Assembly (NCBI GenBank): GCA_965116795.1
Contig: OZ220716.1
Coordinates: 256,001 to 320,000, forward strand
DNA length: 64,000 nucleotides
DNA from: Gammaproteobacteria bacterium
Lineage (GTDB): Bacteria; Pseudomonadota; Gammaproteobacteria; JAJFKG01
Direction of reading: 5' to 3'
Part shown: positions 1-10,284 of the stretch, in pieces
How the letters are laid out: every line of letters starts with the position of its first letter
How positions within the stretch are numbered: position 1 is the stretch's first letter
Program-made: the position numbers and the translations under genes
The notes under the pieces: model-generated
Told to the model about the DNA's origin: nothing
The model's input: the letters and a program-made list of their open reading frames with translations, nothing else
The model's database searches: none

Positions 1-1662
1 TGCCAATACATAACGCTCTTGCGCCTCACAACACCAAATCGCTAATGGTGACATACCCGGTTCATCATTGGGTATCACACGTAAATTGATTTGTCCGCCG
101 CGGCCATCTGTATCCAATAATTCCGGAATAGCATTGGCAAGCCCACCAGCACCGACATCGTGAATGGATAAAATCGGATTCTCATCAGAAACATGACAAC
201 ACGACTCAATGACTTGTTGCGCTCGCCGTTGCATTTCTGGATTTGCTCGCTGTACGGAAGCAAAATCCAATGCCTCATCACTTTGACCTGATGCAGTCGA
301 TGACGCTGCACCACCACCTAAACCAATTAATAATGCTGGGCCACCTAATACAATCACTAACGCTGTATCTGGCAACTCACATTTGTTAACATCAGGTAAA
401 CGCATACTGCCCATGCCGCCAGCAATCATGATCGGTTTGTGATAGCCATACCACGTGTCATTTAGCTGCTGTTCATAACTACGAAAATAACCGCATAAAT
501 TAGGTCGTCCAAACTCATTATTATATGCTGCCGCACCAATGGGCCCTTGTAACATAATGTCTAATGCACTCATGATGCGTTCAGATCGCCCTGCGGTTGT
601 TTCCCACGGTTGGGTTAATGTTGGAATAAATAAATTAGATACGGTAAATCCACATAAGCCCGCTTTGGATCGACCACCACGACCGGTTGCTGCTTCATCA
701 CGAATTTCACCACCAGCGCCTGTTGCAGCACCAGCAAACGGTGCTATCGCTGTTGGATGATTATGGGTTTCGACTTTGATCATCATCGCGCTGGGTTCAC
801 GAGTCACTCGATAATGCTGTGTCTGATTAGACACGCTTAAATGAGCAATGTTGGCATGTGCATTAATCACTGCTGCATTATCAACATAGGCTGATAATAC
901 ATTTTCAGATTGTTGTTTGTGGGTATAACGAATCATGTTAAACAGTGATTCCGTCTGCTGTTTACCATCGATACACCACTTGGCATTAAAAATTTTATGT
1001 CGACAATGTTCCGAATTGGCTTGGGCGAACATCATTAACTCAACATCGGTTGGATTGCGTTGCAATTGACCAAATGCACGATGCAAATAATCAATCTCGT
1101 CAGCATTTAATGCTAAACCTAGTTCAGCATTAATATTGATTAATGCTTGCTTACCTTGAGTTAATAGTTCAACTGTTTGCAGCGGTTGTGGCGGATGATG
1201 TTGAAAAAGTGCTGTGATGTCATCTAAAGAATATAATATTGACTCTGTCATCAGATCATGACACACATTAGCAATATCAGTTAACTGTGTAGATTGTAGC
1301 GCTTTATCTGCTTGCAAGTGATAGCAGGTAATACGTTCAATCCGTTTAATCTTAGTTAAACCACAATGATGCAAAATGTCAGTTGCCTTAGAACACCAAG
1401 GTGAAATCGTACCTAAGCGTGGGGTAACATAAAATGTATAGTGGCTTGATAATGCTAATGGCTTACCATAGCCATCTTCAGTTAATACGGTTTGCAAATG
1501 TGTTTGTTCAGCAGCAGTTAATGATTGTTCCGCTTCAACAGCATAATAAAATTGTGCGCTAATATCAGTGACGATTGGATGATGTTGTTGTAATCGATTT
1601 CGTAGTGCATGTTGACGAGGAACAGCCAATGCATTTGCACCTTGGCAATGAACAATAGACAA
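1..1662 (-). CDS. purL: Phosphoribosylformylglycinamidine synthase (large PurL), 5' part, runs off window start
   Basis: Absent from ORF track; manual translation gives [17 protein letters not shown] and [16 protein letters not shown]; TTG start at 1662 with AGGAGG upstream. Confidence 0.95.
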   Translation of the reverse strand, partial: MSIVHCQGANALAVPRQHALRNRLQQHHPIVTDISAQFYYAVEAEQSLTAAEQTHLQTVLTEDGYGKPLALSSHYTFYVTPRLGTISPWCSKATDILHHCGLTKIKRIERITCYHLQADKALQSTQLTDIANVCHDLMTESILYSLDDITALFQHHPPQPLQTVELLTQGKQALININAELGLALNADEIDYLHRAFGQLQRNPTDVELMMFAQANSEHCRHKIFNAKWCIDGKQQTESLFNMIRYTHKQQSENVLSAYVDNAAVINAHANIAHLSVSNQTQHYRVTREPSAMMIKVETHNHPTAIAPFAGAATGAGGEIRDEAATGRGGRSKAGLCGFTVSNLFIPTLTQPWETTAGRSERIMSALDIMLQGPIGAAAYNNEFGRPNLCGYFRSYEQQLNDTWYGYHKPIMIAGGMGSMRLPDVNKCELPDTALVIVLGGPALLIGLGGGAASSTASGQSDEALDFASVQRANPEMQRRAQQVIESCCHVSDENPILSIHDVGAGGLANAIPELLDTDGRGGQINLRVIPNDEPGMSPLAIWCCEAQERYVLA

Positions 1663-1826
1663 GGGTATTTTCCTCCTAAAATGAGGAGGAGATCATAACA
1701 AAACTATATAGTTACGCATAGCGTTCAAGATGCAACCATTTTATCTGCTACATATTGATAGCATCTTCCGTCTTCATCAATGTTGCCGTAATATAGGTAC
1801 GATGTTGCTCCAGGTAAATATAACAA

Positions 1827-1963
1827 CGTCATTCTGGAGAACGAACAACGTGAGTGAGTCCAGAATCCAGTCTTTTCGTCTTTTCAAATTCTTGAAGCCT
1901 GGATTCTGGATCCTTGGCTACCCAAGGACAAGCTCGCTACTTTGTGAACTCTCCAGAATGACG
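1827..1963. repeat. Palindromic MITE-like repeat family A, copy 1
   Basis: 14-bp perfect TIR cgtcattctggaga...tctccagaatgacg; inner IR tccagaatccag/ctggattctgga; related copies at 3711 and 37774. Confidence 0.9.
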
Positions 1964-1995
1964 ACACTTAACAATCAAATGGCTACAATGTTTAG

Positions 1996-2682
1996 ATGAA
2001 AACACCCTCACTTAAAAAACCATCTGCCCGTTTTGTACGCGACGCTAAGCAAACCTATGATCGTTTGCTAGATACGTATGGTAAACAAGCATGGTGGCCA
2101 GCACAAAGCCGCTTTGAAATTATCATTGGTGCAATCTTGGGACAAAATACCGCATGGGTAAATGTCGAGAAAGCCATCGCTAATTTAACATCACAACACA
2201 TCACTACAGCTTACACTATTTTAGCTACACCAATAGCCAGTTTAGCTGAATTCATTCGGCCATCTGGTTTCTTTAATGTCAAAGCCAAACGCTTACGCGC
2301 GTTTTGCCAATGGTTTTGTGATGTCGGTGGCTTCGATTATTTAGAAACACAATCGACTACTGACTTACGCCAACAATTATTGTCATTGCATGGCATTGGT
2401 GCAGAGACAGCTGATGATATTTTGCTATACTGCTTAGCACGTCCTGTGTTTGTCATCGATGCGTACACGCGACGGATTTTTAGCCGTCTTGGGACTATTG
2501 ACGGTAAAGAACCCTACGAACAATTACGATATTGGTTTGAAAATAGTTTAGCGAGTGATGTCAATGTATATCAACAATATCACGCATTAATTGTTGAACA
2601 TGCGAAACAAAGCTGCCGTACCAAACCAATTTGTGATACGTGTTGTTTAACAAAACGCTGTTATTTTTACAAAAATAGGTAA
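1996..2682 (+). CDS. HhH-GPD endonuclease III-related DNA glycosylase with C-terminal Fe-S motif
   Basis: GAILGQNTAW; HhH LHGIGAETADDILLY; CRTKPICDTCCLTKRC. Confidence 0.85.
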   Translation: MKTPSLKKPSARFVRDAKQTYDRLLDTYGKQAWWPAQSRFEIIIGAILGQNTAWVNVEKAIANLTSQHITTAYTILATPIASLAEFIRPSGFFNVKAKRLRAFCQWFCDVGGFDYLETQSTTDLRQQLLSLHGIGAETADDILLYCLARPVFVIDAYTRRIFSRLGTIDGKEPYEQLRYWFENSLASDVNVYQQYHALIVEHAKQSCRTKPICDTCCLTKRCYFYKNR

Positions 2683-2687
2683 TCAAT

Positions 2688-3641
2688 ATGAGAGATCAAC
2701 AACCAACAGATAGTGTAACTGCATTAAAAGACATTGCTATGAGTGCCGTTATCGAGCAACGCCGGCGTAGACGTTGGGGCATTTTTTTTAAGTTAATTAT
2801 ATTAGTTTATTTCTCTGCTTTGTTAGCATTGATGTATTTTCCCAATGCCACATCAACGGGTAAACTCGGGAAAAAACATGCAGCATTGATTGACATTGAT
2901 GGCGCCATTTTACCTGGCACACCAATTAGTGCAGACAATATTGCACGTGGCTTGCAGGCTGCATTTAAAGATAAAAACACCCAAGGCGTAATCTTACGTA
3001 TTAATAGTCCTGGTGGCAGTCCAGTGCAATCAGATTATGTATTTAATGAAATTAAACGGCTGCGTACTAAATATCCCGATATTAAACTGTATGCCGTGTG
3101 CAGTGATATGTGTACATCAGGAGCCTATTACATAGCTGCCGCTGCTGATAAAATTTATGCAAACCCATCGAGCATTGTTGGTTCAATCGGCGTATTAATG
3201 AATGGTTTTGGGTTTGTGGATACGTTAACGAAAGTAGGCATGTCACGGCGTTTAATTACCGCTGGTGATCACAAAGGCATATTAGATCCATTTTCACCAA
3301 TGAAACAATGGGATCAAGATTACGCGAAACGTGTTTTAAATGAAGTCCACCAAACGTTTATCCAACAAGTCAAATCTGGGCGTGGCAACCGATTAAATGT
3401 CAATTATCCTGATCTGTTTTCAGGTTTATTTTGGACAGGGGCTGATGCGAAAAAAATTGGTTTAATTGATAATTTTGCCAGTGCAGGCAGTGTTGCACGT
3501 GATGTCATCAAAAACGAACATATTGTTAACTACACTGTACAACAAAGTTTACTCGAACGACTCACTGAACGTTTTGGTGCATCATTGTCAAAACAAATTG
3601 GCGTGTTATTAGGGATTAGTAAGACTAATCGGTTGAGTTAG
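2688..3641 (+). CDS. sppA: S49 family signal peptide peptidase (SppA-like)
   Basis: N-terminal TM; LRINSPGGSP; SGAYYIAAAAD; VGSIGV. Confidence 0.9.
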   Translation: MRDQQPTDSVTALKDIAMSAVIEQRRRRRWGIFFKLIILVYFSALLALMYFPNATSTGKLGKKHAALIDIDGAILPGTPISADNIARGLQAAFKDKNTQGVILRINSPGGSPVQSDYVFNEIKRLRTKYPDIKLYAVCSDMCTSGAYYIAAAADKIYANPSSIVGSIGVLMNGFGFVDTLTKVGMSRRLITAGDHKGILDPFSPMKQWDQDYAKRVLNEVHQTFIQQVKSGRGNRLNVNYPDLFSGLFWTGADAKKIGLIDNFASAGSVARDVIKNEHIVNYTVQQSLLERLTERFGASLSKQIGVLLGISKTNRLS

Positions 3642-3644
3642 TTA

Positions 3645-3860
3645 CGTCATTCCAGCCATCGCATAAAATGCAGTAAGATGGGATCCATCTGCAGAAAATA
3701 TGAAAGAACTCGTCATTCTGGAGAATCCGCGAAGCGGATGAGTCCAGAATCCAGTCTTTCCGTCTTTTCAAGGCTCCTAAAAATTAGATTCTGGACTCGC
3801 CCGCCCTGGACAATCTCCGATTTCCAGGGCTAAAGATTTTATATGAGCTCTCCGAATGAC
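3645..3860. repeat. Family A repeat copy 2 (3711-3860) preceded by a truncated related half (3645-3690)
   Basis: cgtcattctggaga...tctccgaatgac; shares gagtccagaatccagtcttt core with copy 1. Confidence 0.85.
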
Positions 3861-3883
3861 AAAGCTTATTTTATTTGGTCCGT

Positions 3884-4180
3884 CTACTCAGCACTATCTT
3901 CTTTCATCCAAGCGGATAACACATCGATGATTTTGGTTGCTTGATCATTACTAGAAATATTAAAACGAGATTGTTGACGATATTCACCATTGCGTTTTTG
4001 ATACCGACGAATGCTGTAGCGGTATGGGCTATACGCTTGTTTTTGTTTATCCCAATCTTGATATTTATACATGACAGTTGCCCATGCACCTTTGGTTAAT
4101 ACGACTTTGTCCAATTCTTTAATCGTAATTACACCATCATCTTCATATTGAATAGTTAATTCATCAACACTGCTTGCCAT
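3884..4180 (-). CDS. Conserved small hypothetical protein (possibly PC4-like nucleic-acid-binding fold)
   Basis: GAGG RBS; globular composition; YSIRRYQKRNGEY beta-hairpin-like segment. Confidence 0.7.
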   Translation of the reverse strand: MASSVDELTIQYEDDGVITIKELDKVVLTKGAWATVMYKYQDWDKQKQAYSPYRYSIRRYQKRNGEYRQQSRFNISSNDQATKIIDVLSAWMKEDSAE

Positions 4181-4266
4181 ATTGTTTAACCTCGTTAATA
4201 AAAAAAATAGGCCGTACTGAATTTACAGCACAGCTCATTATAGTCTACCTATGAACTGTTGCTCAA

Positions 4267-5889
4267 CTAGAAGAAGTAATCAAGTACAAACGTAACAGTA
4301 TTACTCTGTCTTCCAGTCGGCCTTATCAACGTTTGTGGACCATTTCTAACATTACCGCCAGCAGTATCACTATTGCGATAATTCATATCGTAGCGATATT
4401 CAAGGCTGGCTAAGGTATTACGCCATACGGAATAACTCAATGTAGTTGAGATCCGATCGCGTGGAATACTTAACGCTAATGCTTCCCATGAACGATCGTA
4501 ACCGACTGCAAATGATCCAGGACGATTATAAAAAGCGAAGTTATACGCACCTTCTATGTGCATCGCACCTGGATTTGCACCATGACCATTGTATGTCATA
4601 TCGCTCCTAGAGAATGAACTCAATCCACTCACATAATCACCAATAATCGTAAACGGCCCATAATTAATATTACCTTGAATATCAATACCTGGCACACGGT
4701 GCTTAAGCCGTTCCGTACTCGAGTTAGCACCAAAACCACTAAATTGATTAGAGGTATCGATACCATTGGACTGCATGCCATTAGAGTCAGCAATGTTAGA
4801 GATCACACTCACACTACCTGCTGTTTTAAACGTTCCATTACGATAGCGATAACCAATATTGGCACCACCTTCATCAATGTTACGATCTTTTTGTACACGG
4901 CTATCACCACTAAATGTGTAAACCGATGCATATAACCCAGTGTTATTAGTAATACCATCGTAACCTAACACAGCACCACGTACCTTAGCACGACCAAGCA
5001 CCTTAGTTAACGGACTGCTATACATGTAACTGCTGTATTGACCAAACGGTGCATATAGTTGCCCAAGACTGAAATATATGGGTGATCGCTCTAAGTTACC
5101 CACTGTTAAAAAGCCTTGGCCTAGACCAAAATTCGAATTGCCAGCACGTCGACCGCTACCGGTGGTTGCACCGGGCAAACTGCTATTGTCATATTCCAAC
5201 GTCATGTAACCCAATAACCATGGATAAACTAATGCAGCCACATCTATTTCAGCTGCAGCCAAATCGACATCACTGGTTTTAGTCTTATCATAACCACGTG
5301 AGAATGCCGCTACTCCTTCTAACTCACCACTAAGCGCTAACACTGAATAATGCTCTGCTGGTTTTTGCGCATCATCTACTTCTTTATTAATATTTTTGCG
5401 CATTTGCAGCAATACGATATCCTTATTAACACTAGAAGTATTAACTAACATATCCGATCCATCAAATTGTGGCTGTGGACCAAAGTAAGGCGATGTCACC
5501 ACTGTTGTACCGCGAATATCCATCCAACGTGTGACTTGTTTCGCTGTATCAAGCTGTGAACCCAAGGTACCTTCTGGATTGCTGCGCAACACATCACCCG
5601 AGCCTTTGCCATGATGTTTGCTATGGTGCGATACAGCTTTAGTATGTTTTGTAGATGTGTTAGTTGTCGTCCGTTGCCCAACTAGTTGCGCTTGTTGCTG
5701 TTTTAATTCTCGCAACTGCACTTGTAGAGCGCGCATTTGTTTTTCCAATGCTGCTGTTTGTGTGCTAATGCGCTGTATCGATGCATCCCTATCTTGCTCA
5801 TTTGGTGCACCGCTAGCAGTAGCAAATGATAGTATTGCTATTACTGAAATAAATAATGCAACTAAACAACTGATTTTACGTTGTTGCAT
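4267..5889 (-). CDS. LbtU-family outer membrane porin
   Basis: Signal peptide, N-terminal coiled coil, beta-barrel-like body, C-terminal aromatic LDYFF. Confidence 0.75.
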   Translation of the reverse strand: MQQRKISCLVALFISVIAILSFATASGAPNEQDRDASIQRISTQTAALEKQMRALQVQLRELKQQQAQLVGQRTTTNTSTKHTKAVSHHSKHHGKGSGDVLRSNPEGTLGSQLDTAKQVTRWMDIRGTTVVTSPYFGPQPQFDGSDMLVNTSSVNKDIVLLQMRKNINKEVDDAQKPAEHYSVLALSGELEGVAAFSRGYDKTKTSDVDLAAAEIDVAALVYPWLLGYMTLEYDNSSLPGATTGSGRRAGNSNFGLGQGFLTVGNLERSPIYFSLGQLYAPFGQYSSYMYSSPLTKVLGRAKVRGAVLGYDGITNNTGLYASVYTFSGDSRVQKDRNIDEGGANIGYRYRNGTFKTAGSVSVISNIADSNGMQSNGIDTSNQFSGFGANSSTERLKHRVPGIDIQGNINYGPFTIIGDYVSGLSSFSRSDMTYNGHGANPGAMHIEGAYNFAFYNRPGSFAVGYDRSWEALALSIPRDRISTTLSYSVWRNTLASLEYRYDMNYRNSDTAGGNVRNGPQTLIRPTGRQSNTVTFVLDYFF

Positions 5890-6138
5890 GACATCCCCCT
5901 AATACTTTTCGATTGTATTTTGCCTACAAATTAAGCCATGGCTTAACCAGAAGAGCGATCTTCTACGGAAAGAAAATGAAATGCAAGCTTTGATGCGGTG
6001 TTTAGCTAAATACAAAATGCATAGGTGGCAATTATGGTACCAATGTGCTTGATTTATGGACTAATATTGCGACTTGCATCCACAACCAACTCTGCAGTAG
6101 TCTAATTGTTCGTTCTATCCCACAAAAAGGGTAACCAC

Positions 6139-7197
6139 ATGCAATCCATTTCATTGCAACAGCCAGATGACTGGCACTGCCATTTGCGCGATGGCCATTT
6201 TCTCAATATTACCGTCCCTGCCAGCGCACAACATTTTAATCGGGTTATTGTGATGCCAAACTTAGTGACACCAGTGACCACTTGCGCACAGGCATTAGCC
6301 TATCGAGAACGTATCCTAGCTGCAGCAAAACAGGCTAATACACCATTTGACCCATTGATGACACTTTATTTAACTGATACGACATCGGTAACTGACATCA
6401 TGGAAACCCAACAACACGATAAGATCGTTGCTGCTAAATTATATCCTGCTGGCGCAACCACGTTATCGGATGCCGGTGTGCAGCATGTTCAGCAACTTTA
6501 CCCACTATTTTCTGCTATGCAAGATATCGATATGCCGTTGTTAATACACGGTGAGGTGGTTGATGCTAACATCGATATTTTCGATCGCGAACAACGATTC
6601 ATTGACAGCGTACTAGCACCCATCGTCGATACGTTTCCTAAACTACGGGTTGTGTTAGAACACATTACTACACGCGATGCGGTTCAATTTATTCAACAAG
6701 CCCCAGCAACAGTTGGTGCAACCATTACCATACACCATTTATTGCTAAATCGTAACGACATGTTAGTTGGTGGCATTCGCCCACACTATTATTGCTTACC
6801 CATTTTAAAGGCACAGCAACATCAATATGCCTTACAACAAGCAGCATTAAGTGGTGATCCACATTTCTTTTTAGGAACAGATAGTGCGCCGCATACTAAA
6901 CAACATAAAGAAAGCGCATGCGGTTGTGCTGGGATTTTTACTGCACCAGTGGCAATGGCGTTATACACAGAATTCTTTGCGAAACACAATGCGTTAGACA
7001 AATTAGAAGACTTTTGCAGCCGACTTGGTGCAAACTTTTATAAACTGCCATGTAATCAGCGTTCAATTTGTATTGAACATAAATCGTGGACAGTGCCTAC
7101 CACCTATATCACCGATGATAACGATACGATTATTCCATTTCGTGCGGGTGATACACTAGACTGGCAAGTCCTAAATACTAGGCACGACCAATTGTAA
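6139..7197 (+). CDS. pyrC: Dihydroorotase (homodimeric type)
   Basis: PDDWHCHLRDG, KLYPAGATT, FLGTDSAPH; ATG 6139 preferred to TTG 6106. Confidence 0.96.
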   Translation: MQSISLQQPDDWHCHLRDGHFLNITVPASAQHFNRVIVMPNLVTPVTTCAQALAYRERILAAAKQANTPFDPLMTLYLTDTTSVTDIMETQQHDKIVAAKLYPAGATTLSDAGVQHVQQLYPLFSAMQDIDMPLLIHGEVVDANIDIFDREQRFIDSVLAPIVDTFPKLRVVLEHITTRDAVQFIQQAPATVGATITIHHLLLNRNDMLVGGIRPHYYCLPILKAQQHQYALQQAALSGDPHFFLGTDSAPHTKQHKESACGCAGIFTAPVAMALYTEFFAKHNALDKLEDFCSRLGANFYKLPCNQRSICIEHKSWTVPTTYITDDNDTIIPFRAGDTLDWQVLNTRHDQL

Positions 7198-7965
7198 TTC
7201 GTCATTGACGAAGTGATAGTGTTGCTTATCATGATAAAAATGATCGATTAACGGTTGTCGTGGGCACACATCTTTATCAATGCTAACTAATTCATATCCA
7301 TATTTATCGACCTGTGTACTGCCACGAAATGCGCTTGCTAATGCTTGCTTGGGCAATGTAAGTGCGACATAAGCATCGGTGGTTAGATCACCACGTGCCG
7401 CTAATACTGCTAACATATCGGTTTTGCTCGTATAAATAGGCCGGGCTTGTAATAGTTTGTAGATATTATGCAACTGTGAAATCCAGGTTGTTAATGTATT
7501 ACCTGTTGTTTGATATAAATGTACAAATACCATCACGGTATTGTTGTGTCCTTCTCTTTTTGAATGATAATGTTGCTGCTGTTCAGTATTTTTTGACGCT
7601 AATTTTGGCAATCCAACTGTTGACTCTTGATCGTTTTCTAATGTTTGCAAACGTTGGTATAACGCTTGTAGAAATTTTCCAGGCTGCCATTTCCCTATTT
7701 CGATTACATGTTTGATCACAGTATGAAATTGATGCTGAATATCAATTGCATTGCTAGTGCTATCTAATAGAGTTTCTAACCTTGCAATAGCATTATTAAC
7801 TAACGCAAGATTATGCTGACAACATTCAAGTGTATTCATGTTAATAGTTGTATTAGCACGCTGGTTTTCTAAAGTTGTTACTAAATTTAACAATAATCTA
7901 GCAATATCGGCTAATGCTGCTTTGGCTTGGGCACAGCGATGCAATACTTGATTTATATTAGTCAT
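7171..7965 (-). CDS. icmQ: Dot/Icm protein IcmQ with N-terminal extension
   Basis: IEIGKW..KFLQ, VFVHLYQ..G..L..W, RPIY, DAYV, VDKYG match recalled IcmQ; directly follows icmT-icmS. Confidence 0.8.
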   Translation of the reverse strand: MTNINQVLHRCAQAKAALADIARLLLNLVTTLENQRANTTINMNTLECCQHNLALVNNAIARLETLLDSTSNAIDIQHQFHTVIKHVIEIGKWQPGKFLQALYQRLQTLENDQESTVGLPKLASKNTEQQQHYHSKREGHNNTVMVFVHLYQTTGNTLTTWISQLHNIYKLLQARPIYTSKTDMLAVLAARGDLTTDAYVALTLPKQALASAFRGSTQVDKYGYELVSIDKDVCPRQPLIDHFYHDKQHYHFVNDELQLVVPSI

Positions 7966-8299
7966 ACAACAACTCGTCTAAAGCAACTTTATTACGTGCG
8001 GGTGCTGCTTTGACAATTTCATTTAACACATCAATGATGCACAATAAACGCAATACTTCGGGTGTTGAAGTATCAAACTTAACTTGTACCCCTAAACGAC
8101 TGTCAGGAGCTTCATCGAATGTTGCACCAATTCCATAACCCAAACACAATGAACACAATTGATCAGCACGACGTGCTAAGGCAGGTAATAACCCATCATC
8201 TGCAAAAATTTTATCATAACCAATGAATTGGTTATTTAACGTGAAGCTCGCATTCAGTGATTTCGCTAATCGAGTTAATTGTTTTAATCTATCTGACAT
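7958..8299 (-). CDS. icmS: Dot/Icm adaptor IcmS
   Basis: GLLPALARRADQLCSLCLGYGIG; C-terminal LDELLYD. Confidence 0.95.
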   Translation of the reverse strand: MSDRLKQLTRLAKSLNASFTLNNQFIGYDKIFADDGLLPALARRADQLCSLCLGYGIGATFDEAPDSRLGVQVKFDTSTPEVLRLLCIIDVLNEIVKAAPARNKVALDELLYD

Positions 8300-8313
8300 G
8301 GGTTACGATTGCC

Positions 8314-8577
8314 TTATTGATCTAACCACCAAGGAGTGACGACACGACGTTTACCTGCCAACGTTACACGCAACCAACGCCAAAATACATTCACAGTAAA
8401 CCCATAACGCTCTAGTGCTGCAAAAAATAACGTTGCTAACAATGCCAATATGAATGTCCACAGATGAATATGAAATAAAAATAATAGAAATGGAAAGGCA
8501 GCTCGACAATCCAAGAGCCCAAAGCGTGCTGCTCTGGCAGAATCGCGCCAATGTGCATCAGATCGGTAGTTTGTCAT
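8314..8577 (-). CDS. icmT: Dot/Icm IcmT (TraK-like)
   Basis: AHWRDSAR..RF..LD.RAAFP.LL.L.HI..WT. Confidence 0.95.
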   Translation of the reverse strand: MTNYRSDAHWRDSARAARFGLLDCRAAFPFLLFLFHIHLWTFILALLATLFFAALERYGFTVNVFWRWLRVTLAGKRRVVTPWWLDQ

Positions 8578-8644
8578 ATGCGTTTATCTTTTACTCACAA
8601 AATATTATGTTGATTTTAACATAAAATAGCTACATTCACTGTCT

Positions 8645-8824
8645 ATAGCTTTTCAGAACACTAAATTGGCTTTTAGGATTCAGATTGGGTTTAGGTAGAC
8701 GGGTTACGATTGAAAAAAAGCGGAGGAATAGTTGAGCTATTTTGAGTATTTTTTGAAAGAGCAACGTGGCTAGATGAGCTCAAGATGAAATGATAAAAGC
8801 CAATTTAGTGTTCTGAAAAGCTAT
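8645..8824. repeat. 180-bp MITE-like element with 31-bp perfect TIR
   Basis: atagcttttcagaacactaaattggctttta (8645-8675) and its reverse complement (8794-8824); central CGGAG-stem-TGAG core. Confidence 0.9.
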
Positions 8825-8832
8825 GGATAAAC

Positions 8833-8861
8833 TTGACATTTTGCTGCCCGCTTGCTTCAAT
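8833..8861 (+). promoter_or_regulatory. Candidate sigma70 promoter for dotDCB
   Basis: TTGACA-17-TTCAAT with TGn extension. Confidence 0.45.
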
Positions 8862-8897
8862 GCAAGACAATTAAGATCAGTAAAAAAAGCGGTATTT

Positions 8898-9416
8898 ATG
8901 CAGCATTATTATCAAACAGCACGCTTCCCCTATTATCGCCACATCTGTAACTTTTTGTGCTGTATCCTGTTATTTGGATTAACCAGTTGTGCTACTGATG
9001 AGCCAATTGAACTGAAAACAACCAAAACCGATCACACTGGCAATTATCAATTGGCACAAGCAGCCGTTGCAAGCAGTCAGGCATTGACAATGATGGCTGA
9101 AACTGAACAAGCTGCACTCACCCCTAAACAAACACCGGTAATGCCTGAGCCCAAGGCAAAAGCCATGCAACAGCGCGTTTCTATCGATTGGTCAGGGCCA
9201 ATTGCGCCTTTGCTTGAGCAGATTGCTAAGATGACAGGCTATCAATTGGAAATCATCGGCAAACAGCCGGCAATACCGGTATTAGTTGATGTATACGCAC
9301 ACAACCAACCTGTTGGACATATTCTACGTAATGCAACGTATCAAGCATATAGTCGCGCTACGGTTACCCTTGATCAAAAACGTAAACATATTGAGTTACG
9401 TTATGCTAAGGCGTAA
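8898..9416 (+). CDS. dotD: Dot/Icm lipoprotein DotD
   Basis: Lipobox LTSC; SIDWSGPI.PLL..IA; IELRY; upstream ATG 8823 lies in the MITE end. Confidence 0.93.
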   Translation: MQHYYQTARFPYYRHICNFLCCILLFGLTSCATDEPIELKTTKTDHTGNYQLAQAAVASSQALTMMAETEQAALTPKQTPVMPEPKAKAMQQRVSIDWSGPIAPLLEQIAKMTGYQLEIIGKQPAIPVLVDVYAHNQPVGHILRNATYQAYSRATVTLDQKRKHIELRYAKA

Positions 9417-9423
9417 ACAACTA

Positions 9424-10284
9424 ATGTGGCGATTATGGTGTTATGTTTTAGCAGCAAGTACTGCCATTTGTATACTCTCTAGCTGCGCCAATCAAACAGC
9501 ACGCTTATCAACAGATAATGTCGATACAACATCATTGAGTAGTTTACAGAATCTATCGACGAGCAAACTGCCAACAGCAGATAATATTAATAAAATTCGT
9601 CTGCAAGCATTACAACAAACTGCGTTAGAAGTCGGTGCACAAGGTGGTTTAGCTAAGCAATCAAATGACATTAATCATGATCTAGTGGCTAAAGCACGTC
9701 AGTTAGATCAAACCTTTAACTTTCATCCAATGATTCTGCACAATAATGTATTACCGCCAGTTTTAGTCGAAGGCCGTACCTTACTTGATCAAAGTGCACC
9801 CGATACGCTACGCATCGCTGATCATACTTATAAAATCGTTAAGCAAGCCCGTTTTATTACAGCTCCTCCAACGTGGCGCACCTATTTATGGATGGATTAC
9901 AAAAAGCCGGCAGCACCCGATCCGACGCTAATCCCACAAACTGTACAAGAAGAAAAAGTATGGAAACGTTATGTTACCCAAGGTTGGCAACAAGGTATAG
10001 AACAAGCAAATACTATCTTTAACGCTAACTTAGCTCGTTTAAAACAAGATTATGCAGGGATGGTATTATATCGCAAGTTATTAGCATTAAAGATGATCAG
10101 TAAACCGTATGTAGCAACCACTGAGTTGGGTATCACTGGCGATCACAAGCAAATAGCGATTAATGATCAACTATTACGGATAACGGCATTACCACAATTA
10201 CAAACTGATAGTGATAAGTGGCGATCAGCGATTATTGACCCACTTAATGATCCAAAAAAATGGAGGCGAGAGACAGGGAAATGA
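9424..10284 (+). CDS. dotC: Dot/Icm lipoprotein DotC
   Basis: Lipobox LSSC; GAQGGLA, NVLPPVL, QARF.T.PPTWR.YL, LARLK.DY.GM.LY. Confidence 0.95.
   Translation: MWRLWCYVLAASTAICILSSCANQTARLSTDNVDTTSLSSLQNLSTSKLPTADNINKIRLQALQQTALEVGAQGGLAKQSNDINHDLVAKARQLDQTFNFHPMILHNNVLPPVLVEGRTLLDQSAPDTLRIADHTYKIVKQARFITAPPTWRTYLWMDYKKPAAPDPTLIPQTVQEEKVWKRYVTQGWQQGIEQANTIFNANLARLKQDYAGMVLYRKLLALKMISKPYVATTELGITGDHKQIAINDQLLRITALPQLQTDSDKWRSAIIDPLNDPKKWRRETGK

Noticed and set aside
1730-1999. Short ORFs overlapping repeats (1730-1999, 15314-15496, 24825-25094, 27773-27976, 44066-44302, 54129-54317)
   Set aside because: They largely coincide with palindromic repeats and have no independent coding evidence
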